A stretch of DNA of 38,297 nucleotides. Source: Enterobacteria phage HK620. The DNA is taken from sequence record NC_002730.1. The stretch is one strand, 5' to 3'. This document shows positions 8,013 to 16,538 of the stretch, one piece after another. The first letter of the stretch is position 1; every line of letters begins with the position of its first letter. The position numbers and the translations under genes were made by a program. Under the pieces are notes generated by a model. The model saw only the letters and a list, made by a program, of their open reading frames with translations, was not told the origin of the DNA and ran no database searches.

Positions 8013-8381
8013 TTAGTCAGCGAAGGTTAAGACGAGAATTACCTTAATGATGTCTGCTACAACAGACACGGCCATAGATAAACCAAAGACGATCCAAGCC
8101 ACAGTGATGTCTTCACTACCATCGTATAGAGTTCCGTAATCACTGGTGTAAGGCGTAAATGTCGCGCCTTGATACAATAGGTATAAGCTTGATCCATAGA
8201 GGATAAATGCAGATATCCCTTGTATTGCTATGATCACAAGAATCATGAAACGAGCTGATCTATGCGCCCAAGCCTGGCTTATTTTTTCTGATAGAGATTT
8301 CGCAATAAAAGCATGCGCTAAGACGTAAATTGTCGAGATTGCCAACATCCCAAAAAAGCTTGCTATAGCGGTTCCAACCAT
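8013..8381 (-). CDS. small integral membrane protein (about three predicted TM helices) encoded immediately downstream of cI
   Basis: 122 aa from ATG at 8381 with AAGGGG ribosome-binding site; begins 18 nt after the cI stop on the same strand; hydrophobic segments throughout. Confidence 0.6.
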   Translation of the reverse strand: MVGTAIASFFGMLAISTIYVLAHAFIAKSLSEKISQAWAHRSARFMILVIIAIQGISAFILYGSSLYLLYQGATFTPYTSDYGTLYDGSEDITVAWIVFGLSMAVSVVADIIKVILVLTFAD

Positions 8382-8398
8382 AATCGCCCCTTGCGTGA

Positions 8399-9115
8399 TC
8401 AAACCAGCCTTAGTTTTGTCTCAATTGCAACGCCTATAATCTTGCAGTTTCCATTGATTGGCACGAGAGGCCATGCAGGATTAAGTCCCTTGAGGTATTT
8501 ATTTCCGCCGTCGATTATCAGCTTCTTGAATGTTGCTTCGTTAGAGTCAGAAAGTTTTGCTATGACCAAGCTGCCGTTGATCGCCTCCCTTCCGGTATCG
8601 AAAAGAACGAATGTTCCCTCTGGAATGCTTAACCCAACCGGTGCCGTCATTGAATCACCTTCCACTTTAAGCCAGAACGCATTACCTTGAATATGCGCGT
8701 CAGACTCAAGCCAAACATCTATGTCTTTAATGGTGTATGGTTCGCATGCTTCACACCACGAGCCAGCCTGGATACTGCTTAACACCGGATACCTCTTTCC
8801 TGCTCTGTATTCCCCTGCATACCTTACGTTGGCATCGCTCTTAAGGCTTTCTGCCTGTTCTGCAACCTTGGCAGCAATTGACTGGCTAAAATCAGCAATA
8901 GAGACTTGCAACAATCGTGTAAAACCAGATGCAACCTCAACGTTTAGCGCGTTTCTGCCATTAAGATAATGCCCTACCGCTCCTTGGGTGATACCCAGTT
9001 CATCAGCGATTGAGTATTGGGTTATTCCCAATTCTTTCTTTTTTGACTCATACAAAGCCTTAAGCCGCTTAGCGTCTTCGAGCTGTTCTGTCGTCAGTGA
9101 TTTTTTATTTTCCAT
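8399..9115 (-). CDS. cI: CI repressor (lambda-CI-like N-terminal HTH plus C-terminal S24 autopeptidase domain)
   Basis: 238 aa; MENKKSLTTEQLEDAKRLKALYESKKKELG... parallels lambda CI; EGDSMT serine motif and FKKLI lysine motif present. Confidence 0.92.
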   Translation of the reverse strand: MENKKSLTTEQLEDAKRLKALYESKKKELGITQYSIADELGITQGAVGHYLNGRNALNVEVASGFTRLLQVSIADFSQSIAAKVAEQAESLKSDANVRYAGEYRAGKRYPVLSSIQAGSWCEACEPYTIKDIDVWLESDAHIQGNAFWLKVEGDSMTAPVGLSIPEGTFVLFDTGREAINGSLVIAKLSDSNEATFKKLIIDGGNKYLKGLNPAWPLVPINGNCKIIGVAIETKLRLV

Positions 9116-9151
9116 AGCTTAATTCTAATAGCTAAGGTACTTAAACTAAAA

Positions 9152-9192
9152 ATACCCTGAGTATTGATTGCTTTGAATACCTGTAGTATTCT
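9152..9192 (+). promoter_or_regulatory. oR/pR: palindromic operators ATACCCTGAGTAT (9152-9164) and ATACCTGTAGTAT (9177-9189); candidate pR TTGATT-N17-TATTCT; divergent pRM implied
   Basis: Same palindrome family and 25-bp spacing as at pL; sits between divergent cI and cro. Confidence 0.55.
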
Positions 9193-9221
9193 TTGTTCAT
9201 GGTTAATAACGGAGAGTGCAT

Positions 9222-9416
9222 ATGATTCGAATGACACTTGCCGATTACGCCAAAATCCATGGACAGGCTAAAGCAGCCAGTGACTTTGGTGTAATCCAGT
9301 GCGCTATCAGCAAGGCCATTCTGGCAGGCCGTAACATCATGGTTACGGTAAAGCCTGATGGCAGTGTGATTGGAGAGGAAGTTCGTCCTTTCCCAAGCAA
9401 CAAGAAAAACAAATAG
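9222..9416 (+). CDS. cro: Cro repressor
   Basis: [24 protein letters not shown]...FPSNKK parallels lambda Cro; GGAG ribosome-binding site upstream of ATG 9222. Confidence 0.85.
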   Translation: MIRMTLADYAKIHGQAKAASDFGVIQCAISKAILAGRNIMVTVKPDGSVIGEEVRPFPSNKKNK

Positions 9417-9422
9417 TAACAC

Positions 9423-9467
9423 CGCTCTTTAACAGTCATGGTCCTCATTCCCGCCGAAATGCGGGAA
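9423..9467 (+). promoter_or_regulatory. nutR: boxA CGCTCTTTAAC plus boxB hairpin TCCCGCCGAAATGCGGGA
   Basis: Canonical boxA; boxB identical to the nutL copy. Confidence 0.6.
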
Positions 9468-9524
9468 TACAACGCGCATAAGTTGATGCGCATAACTTCT
9501 TATTTGTTAAGGAAATACTTACAT

Positions 9525-9803
9525 ATGCAACTTACAAGTACTCGCAAGAAAGCGAATGCAATTACAAGCAACATCCTAAATCGAATTGCTGTACGTGGTC
9601 AGCGAAAGGTTGCTGATGCATTAGGGATCAATGAATCGCAAATTTCGCGATGGAAAGACAGCTTTATCCCAAAGATGGCCATGCTTCTGGCTGTGCTGGA
9701 GTGGGGTGTTGAAGACGAGGAGTTGGCGGAACTGGCTAAGAAAGTAGCCAGAATGCTGACAAAAGAAAAAGCCCCGAAGAACGGCGAATTCTTCGAGGCC
9801 TAA
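9525..9803 (+). CDS. cII: CII transcriptional activator
   Basis: 92 aa; ...[28 protein letters not shown]... parallels lambda CII; ribosome-binding site AAGGAAA. Confidence 0.85.
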   Translation: MQLTSTRKKANAITSNILNRIAVRGQRKVADALGINESQISRWKDSFIPKMAMLLAVLEWGVEDEELAELAKKVARMLTKEKAPKNGEFFEA

Positions 9804-9845
9804 TGTAGAAAGACTGGATCAATCCACGGGAGTAATTATGACAAA
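9761..9845 (-). ncRNA. OOP-like antisense RNA (approximate), terminator inside the cII 3' end
   Basis: Minus strand 10-bp stem hairpin followed by CTTTTTCTTTT at about 9761-9800; 5' end not defined. Confidence 0.4.
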
Positions 9846-9984
9846 ACAACTCAGTCCTTACCAGGACAAAATTCACAAACACATACTACGTGATCGCTTC
9901 CTGTCCAGCTTCAAGCAGCCTGGTCGATTCCGGGCTGAGTTGGAAAAAGTGAAGCTGATGCAGAAGGAGAAAGGTCATGAGTAA
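9838..9984 (+). CDS. hypothetical small protein (48 aa)
   Basis: ATG start; overlaps the start of the replication initiator gene. Confidence 0.4.
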   Translation: MTKQLSPYQDKIHKHILRDRFLSSFKQPGRFRAELEKVKLMQKEKGHE

Positions 9985-10876
9985 CATATCTAATCTAGCC
10001 GAAGCCAGAGAGGCCAGAAGGCTACAACAACCGCATCAAAGCAGCGGTAAGGGGTATGCCTTGCTGCACCGTAAAATTATGGATGTGCCGTTTTACAAGG
10101 ACGCAGAAGCAGCGCATCTGTGGGTTCACTTAATTCTCAAAGCAAAGCATACGCCTGAGTATGTAATGACTGACGCAGGAGAAATTCTGGTAGGCAGAGG
10201 GAAGCTACTTGGCGGTAGAAACTCTCTGGCGTTTGAAACAGGACTCAAACCAGATCGCGTTCAGTACCTGCTTAGAAAGTTCAAAAAACTCGGCATGATT
10301 GACTGGGTTTCACACGGTAAATTCTCAGTTTTCTCGGTAGAGAAATATGACGATTATCAGTCAAATTTTGTACCAGCAGATTACCAGCAAATTACCACCT
10401 CAAAGCCAGCAATACCAATGCCTGTAAGCAATACTGTACCAGCAGATTACCAGCAAATTACCACAGATAAAGAATATAATAATATTATCTCTAATACTGA
10501 CGTATTAGAGAGTGCCACAGTAGACAAAAAGTCTGACAAGAAAAAACCTTCCGTTAGCTGTCAGGATGTTGTCGATGCTTACCACGAAATCCTTCCTGAA
10601 GCGCCAAAAATCCGCGCACTGAATGACAAGCGTAAAAACCAGATCCGAACGTTCTGGCGCAAAGCCGGAGTGATAACCCGCCAGCTTGACGGGCATGGGT
10701 TCACGATGCAGGACTGGAGAAATTATTTGATCTACGTAGGCGAAAATTGCCGATGGATGTTCGAAGAACGCCCAAACCATCAACGCGGAACCGTCTGGCA
10801 CAAAAAGGGATTTGATTTCCTGCTTAACGACAATACCTACCTGAAAGTTCGTGAGGGTGAACACGATGACCGATAA
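9977..10876 (+). CDS. replication initiation protein (lambda O / P22 gp18 functional analogue) with internal origin iterons
   Basis: 299-aa ORF directly upstream of the DnaB-like helicase; contains direct DNA repeats followed by an AT-rich stretch. Confidence 0.7.
   Translation: MSNISNLAEAREARRLQQPHQSSGKGYALLHRKIMDVPFYKDAEAAHLWVHLILKAKHTPEYVMTDAGEILVGRGKLLGGRNSLAFETGLKPDRVQYLLRKFKKLGMIDWVSHGKFSVFSVEKYDDYQSNFVPADYQQITTSKPAIPMPVSNTVPADYQQITTDKEYNNIISNTDVLESATVDKKSDKKKPSVSCQDVVDAYHEILPEAPKIRALNDKRKNQIRTFWRKAGVITRQLDGHGFTMQDWRNYLIYVGENCRWMFEERPNHQRGTVWHKKGFDFLLNDNTYLKVREGEHDDR
10370..10464 (+). repeat. origin iterons: 29-bp direct repeat GTACCAGCAGATTACCAGCAAATTACCAC x2 (10370-10398, 10436-10464), each with two ATTACCA sub-repeats
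   Basis: Read directly; encodes duplicated [10 protein letters not shown] peptide; AT-rich segment follows at about 10465-10510. Confidence 0.55.
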
Positions 10877-12302
10877 TTTTTATGCGCCGCCCCATAGCAT
10901 CGAGGCAGAGCAGGCGGTGATTGGTGGATTGCTTCTGGATGATGACAGCAGTGAGCGCGTCCAGAAAGTTCTGGCGATGCTGAAGCCCGATTCATTTTAC
11001 AGCCGACCACACAAAATCCTTTTCGAAGAAATAACCAGAATGCACCGGGAGCAAAAGCCAGTAGATGGCCTGACGCTTTTCGATGAACTGGAGCGTAAAT
11101 CGTTAACGGCGTCTGTTGGCGGTTTTGCTTATATCGCTGAGATCGCAAAGAACACGCCGAGCGCCGCAAACATCGTTGCCTATGCAATGCAGGTTCGTGA
11201 AACCGCAATGGAACGCTACGCCATCAACCGCATGACTGAAGCGACGGAATTGCTCTATTCCCGCAACGGAATGACTGCAACGCAGAAGTACGAAGCTATT
11301 CAGGCGATTTTCACGCAACTGACAGACCATGCAAAAACCGGATCGCGTCGCGGCCTTCGCTCATTTGGTGAGGTCATGGAAGACTGGGTTAGCGACCTTG
11401 AGAAGCGATTTGACCCGTCAGGCGAACAGCGAGGAATGAGCACAGGGATCCCATCGCTGGACAGGATGCTGTCACCGAAAGGTCTGGTGAAAGGTTCTCT
11501 GTTTGTCATTGGCGCTCGCCCTAAGATGGGGAAAACGACGCTATACAGCCAGATGGCAATCAACTGCGCAGTGCATGAGAAAAAGCCCGCTCTGATGTTC
11601 AGCCTTGAAATGCCAGGTGACCAGATACTGGAAAAACTGGTAGGGCAGAAGTCTGGTGTTAACCCGAATATTTTTTACCTTCCGGCGACAAATGACGCTG
11701 ATGACGGCTATCAGGGTGATTACGATGGTGACTTCAACAGGGCGATCGAAACAGCCAATCGCTTGAGTGAAATCGACATGCTTTACATCGACGACACGCC
11801 GGGATTATCTCTGGCTCAAATCGTCAGCGAAAGCCGTCGAATCAAGCGAGAAAAAGGATGTGTTGGCATGATTCTGGTCGATTACCTGACACTAATGACC
11901 GCTGAAAAGGCCGATCGCAACGACCTTGCTTACGGCATGATCACCAAAGGACTGAAGAACCTTGCCAAAGAGCTTGATTGCGTTGTTGTGCTTCTGACGC
12001 AGCTTAACCGCGCATTGGAAAGCAGAACCAATAAACGCCCATTACCAAGTGACTCACGAGATACAGGGCAGATTGAACAGGATTGCGATTATTGGGTGGG
12101 GATCCATCGTGAAGGTGCTTTTGATGACAGTGTTCCACCTGGTGAAACCGAACTAATCCTTCGTCTCAATCGTCATGGCAATACCGGCACGGTGTATTGC
12201 ATTCAGGCAAATGGCGCTATTTATGACACAGACCAACAGTCCGCTGAAATGCGCCGCCGTGAACGCGAGGAACCGCAATCCAAGAAGAAAGGAGGATTCT
12301 GA
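10866..12302 (+). CDS. DnaB-like replicative DNA helicase
   Basis: N-terminal DnaB domain (IEAEQAVIGGLLLD) and Walker A GARPKMGKTT. Confidence 0.9.
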   Translation: MTDNFYAPPHSIEAEQAVIGGLLLDDDSSERVQKVLAMLKPDSFYSRPHKILFEEITRMHREQKPVDGLTLFDELERKSLTASVGGFAYIAEIAKNTPSAANIVAYAMQVRETAMERYAINRMTEATELLYSRNGMTATQKYEAIQAIFTQLTDHAKTGSRRGLRSFGEVMEDWVSDLEKRFDPSGEQRGMSTGIPSLDRMLSPKGLVKGSLFVIGARPKMGKTTLYSQMAINCAVHEKKPALMFSLEMPGDQILEKLVGQKSGVNPNIFYLPATNDADDGYQGDYDGDFNRAIETANRLSEIDMLYIDDTPGLSLAQIVSESRRIKREKGCVGMILVDYLTLMTAEKADRNDLAYGMITKGLKNLAKELDCVVVLLTQLNRALESRTNKRPLPSDSRDTGQIEQDCDYWVGIHREGAFDDSVPPGETELILRLNRHGNTGTVYCIQANGAIYDTDQQSAEMRRREREEPQSKKKGGF

Positions 12303-12377
12303 TGACCATCTACATCACTGAGCTTGTAACAGGCCTGCTGGTAATCGCAGGCCTTTTTATTTGGGGGAGAGTAAATC

Positions 12378-12584
12378 GTGGCTGAGTTTATGCTCGTCGC
12401 ACTCAAATGCGTTGGCGTTGGATGGATTCTTCTGACGTTTTTTATTGTTCTGCATAGCTACATTCGTCTTGTGAATGACGGTAAAGACCCATGGTATACG
12501 TTGTTTGGCGCTGCATTTGTCTGGGTGATTATCGGTGTTATGCCTGTTGTCGTAGCAAAAGTGGCGTGGCGTTTTGTGAGTTGA
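12378..12584 (+). CDS. hypothetical small membrane protein
   Basis: 68-aa hydrophobic ORF; a 27-aa hydrophobic ORF (12302-12385) overlapping the helicase stop precedes it. Confidence 0.4.
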   Translation: MAEFMLVALKCVGVGWILLTFFIVLHSYIRLVNDGKDPWYTLFGAAFVWVIIGVMPVVVAKVAWRFVS

Positions 12585-12591
12585 GGTAACG

Positions 12592-13002
12592 ATGAAGCAA
12601 ACAATCTTCCTCCGAAGTAAGCAACAACAGCAAGCCGCAATCAACGCCATCCTCGAAACTCCTCTCGATAAAGACAAGCCAGTCACCATCCGCATTACTG
12701 ACTACAAGCGCAACCTTGACCAGAACGCAAAATTTCACGCGATGCTGGCGGATATCGCTTGTCAGGTTCAATGGTGCGGCAAATGGTTAAAACCAGAGCA
12801 ATGGAAGGTTTTGTTGATCAGCGGTCATGCAGTGGCAACAAAGCAGGAAGCTGATGTTTTGCCCGGGCTTGAAGGCGAATACGTCAACATTCGCGAAAGC
12901 AGCGCGCAGATGAGTGTGAAGCGTATGGCAAGTCTGATCGAGTACACAACAGCCTGGGCTATTGGTCAGGGTGTCAGATTTACCGACAGGAGGTATGAAT
13001 GA
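12592..13002 (+). CDS. ninB: NinB recombination protein
   Basis: 136-aa ORF resembling lambda NinB from memory; first gene of the nin block. Confidence 0.75.
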   Translation: MKQTIFLRSKQQQQAAINAILETPLDKDKPVTIRITDYKRNLDQNAKFHAMLADIACQVQWCGKWLKPEQWKVLLISGHAVATKQEADVLPGLEGEYVNIRESSAQMSVKRMASLIEYTTAWAIGQGVRFTDRRYE

Positions 13003-13181
13003 GGCGACAGCGACGAAGTATCACCGACATCATCTGCGAAAACTGCAAATACCTTCCAACGAAACGCTCCAGAAATAAACGCAAGCCAATCCCAAAAGAA
13101 TCTGACGTAAAAACCTTCAACTACACGGCTCACCTGTGGGATATCCGGTGGCTTAGAGAACGTGCGAGGAAAACAAGGTGA
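12999..13181 (+). CDS. ninE: NinE-like protein
   Basis: 60 aa, [34 protein letters not shown]..., resembles lambda NinE from memory. Confidence 0.65.
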   Translation: MRRQRRSITDIICENCKYLPTKRSRNKRKPIPKESDVKTFNYTAHLWDIRWLRERARKTR

Positions 13182-13348
13182 TTGACCCAAATCGAAGTTA
13201 CGAACAAGAAAGCGTCGAGCGGGCTTTAACGTGCGCTAACTGCGGTCAGAAGCTGCATGTGCTGGAAATTCACGTGTGTGAGCACTGCTGCGCAGAACTG
13301 ATGAGCGATCCGAATAGCTCAATGTACGAGGAAGAAGACGATGAATGA
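13178..13348 (+). CDS. ninF: NinF-like small zinc-binding protein
   Basis: GTG start overlapping the ninE stop; 56 aa with CANCGQKLH...HVCEHCC; not in the ORF track (under 60 aa). Confidence 0.55.
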   Translation: MIDPNRSYEQESVERALTCANCGQKLHVLEIHVCEHCCAELMSDPNSSMYEEEDDE

Positions 13349-14063
13349 GTTAATAAATGGCAATGCCATCAAAATGACAAGCATTGAAATCGCTGAGTTG
13401 GTGGGTAAGCGTCATGACAATGTGAAACGTACCATCGAAACGCTGGCTAAAAATGGTGTTATCCGGCTTCCTCAAATTGAGGTTTCCGAAAGAATCAATA
13501 ACTTAGGGTTCAATGTTCAGTACGAGCATTACGTCTTCGAGGGCGAACAAGGTAAGCGAGACAGTATTGTCGTTGTTGCCCAGTTGTCGCCAGAGTTCAC
13601 CGCTCGCCTTGTTGACCGCTGGCGAGAGCTTGAAGAAACTGCGGTTAATATCCCCAAAACGCTACCAGAAGCGTTGCGCCTTGCTGCTGATCTTGCTGAG
13701 CAGAAAATGCAACTGGAAAACCAGCTCGCAATTGCCGCACCTAAAGTTGAGTTTGCCGATCGCGTTGGCGAGGCCAGCGGAATTTTGATTGGAAACTTTG
13801 CAAAGGTTGTTGGAATTGGTCCAAACAAACTGTTTGCGTGGATGCGCGATCACAAAATCCTTATTGCTTCAGGTTCCCGGCGCAATGTGCCAATGCAGGA
13901 ATATATGGAGCGCGGCTATTTCACAGTGAAAGAAACAGCGGTCAACACAAATCACGGAATACAGATATCGTTCACCACAAAAATCACCGGGCGTGGTCAA
14001 CAGTGGCTGACCAGAAAGCTGCTCGATAACGGAATGCTGAAAGTAACCGGAGAGGCTGCTTAA
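13341..14063 (+). CDS. antirepressor-like protein: N-terminal Rha-type domain plus C-terminal KilAC-type domain
   Basis: 240 aa; N-terminus MTSIEIAELVGKRHDNVKRTIETLAKNG fits the Rha pattern; C-terminal half fits the KilAC pattern. Confidence 0.7.
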   Translation: MNELINGNAIKMTSIEIAELVGKRHDNVKRTIETLAKNGVIRLPQIEVSERINNLGFNVQYEHYVFEGEQGKRDSIVVVAQLSPEFTARLVDRWRELEETAVNIPKTLPEALRLAADLAEQKMQLENQLAIAAPKVEFADRVGEASGILIGNFAKVVGIGPNKLFAWMRDHKILIASGSRRNVPMQEYMERGYFTVKETAVNTNHGIQISFTTKITGRGQQWLTRKLLDNGMLKVTGEAA

Positions 14064-14353
14064 TGGTTAACCTACGCAAAGAAGCGCGCGGCAGAGAATG
14101 CCAGGTACGTATTTACGGCGTATGCAATGGTAATCCTGAAACTACAGTTCTGGCACATTACCGGATGGCTGGAATTTGCGGAACTGGAATGAAGCCTGAC
14201 GACCTGATCGGTGCATGGGCTTGTAGTGACTGCCACGCGGAAATCGACCGACGCACCCATAACCTCGACAACAAAGACGCCAGACTTTACCACCTGGAAG
14301 GCGTGATCAGGACGCAGGCGATACTGCTGAAGGAGGGGAAGATTAAGCCATGA
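14063..14353 (+). CDS. DUF1364-family protein (YbcO-like, Cys/His-rich)
   Basis: 96 aa; immediately upstream of rusA, as in cryptic lambdoid prophages. Confidence 0.65.
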   Translation: MVNLRKEARGRECQVRIYGVCNGNPETTVLAHYRMAGICGTGMKPDDLIGAWACSDCHAEIDRRTHNLDNKDARLYHLEGVIRTQAILLKEGKIKP

Positions 14354-14712
14354 ACGAATATCAGTTTGTGCTTCCATACCCGCCGTCGGTGAACACCTAC
14401 TGGCGAAGACGGGGAAGCCAATACTACATCAGCGATAAAGGCCAGAAATACCGAAAAGACGTTCAGCAAATCATCCGCCAACTCAAGTTAGACATTTTCA
14501 CCAAATCACGACTCCGCATCAAAGTCATCGCAGACGTTCCAGACTCCCGCCGCCGCGACCTCGATAACATCCTGAAAGGTTTACTCGATTCCCTTATCCA
14601 CGCCGGATTTGCGGAAGACGACGAGCAATTCGATGACATTCGCGTAATTCGTGGTGTGAAAGTACCAGGCGGACGGCTTGGAATAAAAATCACCGAACTG
14701 GAGAACGCATGA
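14350..14712 (+). CDS. rusA: RusA Holliday-junction resolvase
   Basis: 120 aa; ...VPDSRRRDLDNILKGLLDSL... matches the RusA catalytic region. Confidence 0.9.
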   Translation: MNEYQFVLPYPPSVNTYWRRRGSQYYISDKGQKYRKDVQQIIRQLKLDIFTKSRLRIKVIADVPDSRRRDLDNILKGLLDSLIHAGFAEDDEQFDDIRVIRGVKVPGGRLGIKITELENA

Positions 14713-14897
14713 ACGCCACAATTCAAACGATACCAGAGCTTCTTATCCAGACACGAGGCAATCAGACCGAAGTGGCGAGGATGCTTTCCTGCGCAAGAGG
14801 AACGGTGCTCAAGTACAACCGAGATAGCAAAGGCGAGCGTCACGTAATAGTTAACGGCGTCCTGATGGTCAAACAGGGCAAGAGGGGAAGACGATGA
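14709..14897 (+). CDS. ninH: NinH-like protein
   Basis: 62 aa; ...GNQTEVARMLSCARGTVLKY... resembles lambda NinH. Confidence 0.75.
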   Translation: MNATIQTIPELLIQTRGNQTEVARMLSCARGTVLKYNRDSKGERHVIVNGVLMVKQGKRGRR

Positions 14898-15517
14898 GAC
14901 TCGAAAGCGTAGCTAAATTTCATTCGCCAAAAAGCCCGATGATGAGCGACTCACCACGGGCCACGGCTTCTGACTCTCTTTCCGGTACTGATGTGATGGC
15001 TGCTATGGGGATGGCGCAATCACAAGCCGGATTTGGAATGGCTGCATTCTGTGGTAAGCACGAACTCAGCCAGAACGACAAACAAAAGGCTATCAACTAT
15101 CTGATGCAATTTGCACACAAGGTATCGGGGAAATACCGTGGTGTGGCAAAGCTCGAAGGAAATACTAAGGCAAAGGTGCTGCAAGTGCTCGCAACATTCG
15201 CTTATGCGGATTATTGCCGTAGTGCCGCGACGCCGGGCGCAAGATGCAGAGATTGTCACGGTACTGGCCGGGCCGTTGATATTGCCAAAACAGAATGGTG
15301 GGGGAGAGTTGTCGAGAAAGAGTGCGGAAGATGCAAAGGCGTCGGCTATTCAAGGATGCCAGCAAGCGCAGCATATCGCGCTGTAACGATGCTAATCCCA
15401 AACCTTACTCAACCCACCTGGTCACGCACTGTTAAGCCGCTGTATGACGCTCTGGTGGTGCAATGCCACAAAGAAGAGTCAATCGCAGACAACATTTTGA
15501 GTGCGGTCACACGTTAG
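14894..15517 (+). CDS. Q: late-gene antiterminator Q (lambda-Q type)
   Basis: 207 aa, essentially the lambda Q sequence as I recall it, including the zinc-finger region CRDCHGTGR...CGRCKGVG. Confidence 0.92.
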   Translation: MRLESVAKFHSPKSPMMSDSPRATASDSLSGTDVMAAMGMAQSQAGFGMAAFCGKHELSQNDKQKAINYLMQFAHKVSGKYRGVAKLEGNTKAKVLQVLATFAYADYCRSAATPGARCRDCHGTGRAVDIAKTEWWGRVVEKECGRCKGVGYSRMPASAAYRAVTMLIPNLTQPTWSRTVKPLYDALVVQCHKEESIADNILSAVTR

Positions 15518-15559
15518 CGGCATGATTGCCACGGATGGCAACATCTTTACGGCATGATA

Positions 15560-15588
15560 TTGACTTTTTGAATAAAGTTGGGTAAATT
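15560..15588 (+). promoter_or_regulatory. late promoter pR-prime (TTGACT-N17-TAAATT) with overlapping Q-utilisation region
   Basis: Hexamers read directly; lambda-like context downstream of Q. Confidence 0.6.
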
Positions 15589-15622
15589 TGACCCAACGAT
15601 GGATAAATGCACTCGTTAAATA

Positions 15623-15653
15623 AAGCCCTGAGTTAATAGCTCGGGGCTTTTTC
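15623..15653 (+). terminator. rho-independent terminator (tR-prime-like) shortly downstream of the late promoter
   Basis: AAGCCCTGAG-loop-CTCGGGGCTT followed by TTTT. Confidence 0.6.
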
Positions 15654-16538
15654 ATTTCTGCAATCCGGTCAGGACTTTCGAGTTAATGCGTGCTGCACGA
15701 CACGTTGACACTCATACGCGAGAGCCCTGAGCCAGATTGAAGGCTATCAGGTAAGAGCATATCGACGCACTGATAGGGCTGGATTGGAAGATCATTCAGA
15801 GACCCGGCAGACAGATGTGTTCTTTCCGATGGTTTTCGTAAGCGACTTTGCGGTTTTTTAGAAACTGATCACAAAGATAAATGCAAACGAAGAAATGTAT
15901 CTGGCCGTAGCTTAACCGCTAAACACCAGTGAGGTATTCCAGTTCCTCATCAACGAATCTGGCGCACTGGCCCGGTGTGATTAATAATGGGCACACAACA
16001 GGTAAGAGCATTAAAGAACTGGCAAAGAGCTTAACGGTCTGCGAAAGCATTTCTTAGTGGCACAACTGGCCGGTACAACTGAGTGCTCTTTCCGGTGTGG
16101 TGAATGCGCAGGCTGATGCGCGCAGGAGAGCTTCGGAAGAACAAGGTGCCTGTATACAAGCCGGAGATCAGCGCCGGCCACCACAGCCAAATCCACCCAG
16201 AGCAAAACCGTTGTTCATCCTTACCATTCCCTCAGTATTTTGGGCTACAACCCTCAGCCCATTTTTTAAAGCGTACTTCCACCAAGAACCAGACCTAACC
16301 AACTCATTGCTGACACTCTGTGGATACGGTTGTCTAGTGCGCTTTAAAAAAGAAAACCCAGCATCAATGGCTGGGCTTCGTGATATGAGCGGCATGTATT
16401 GTTGGCGCAATCCACGCCTGATTTGCTCATGAATGCGGTCACGAACAAACCCGTTACAAATCAACCGTAACCCGGATTTGTTCAAGCGACCATATCCATA
16501 ATTCCTAATTTGAACAGATCCCCTTCTGGGGGTAAGAC

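Noticed and set aside
10505-11563. Minus-strand ORFs (10505-10864, 10837-11208, 11103-11330, 11300-11563) antisense to the replication genes
   Set aside because: They overlap the strongly supported initiator and DnaB-like helicase genes; Arg/Cys-rich translations typical of antisense frames.
15518-16538. Possible tRNA or toxin cargo downstream of Q
   Set aside because: This is where Stx phages carry tRNAs and stx, but I found no cloverleaf-compatible T-loop signature and no ORF of suitable size here.
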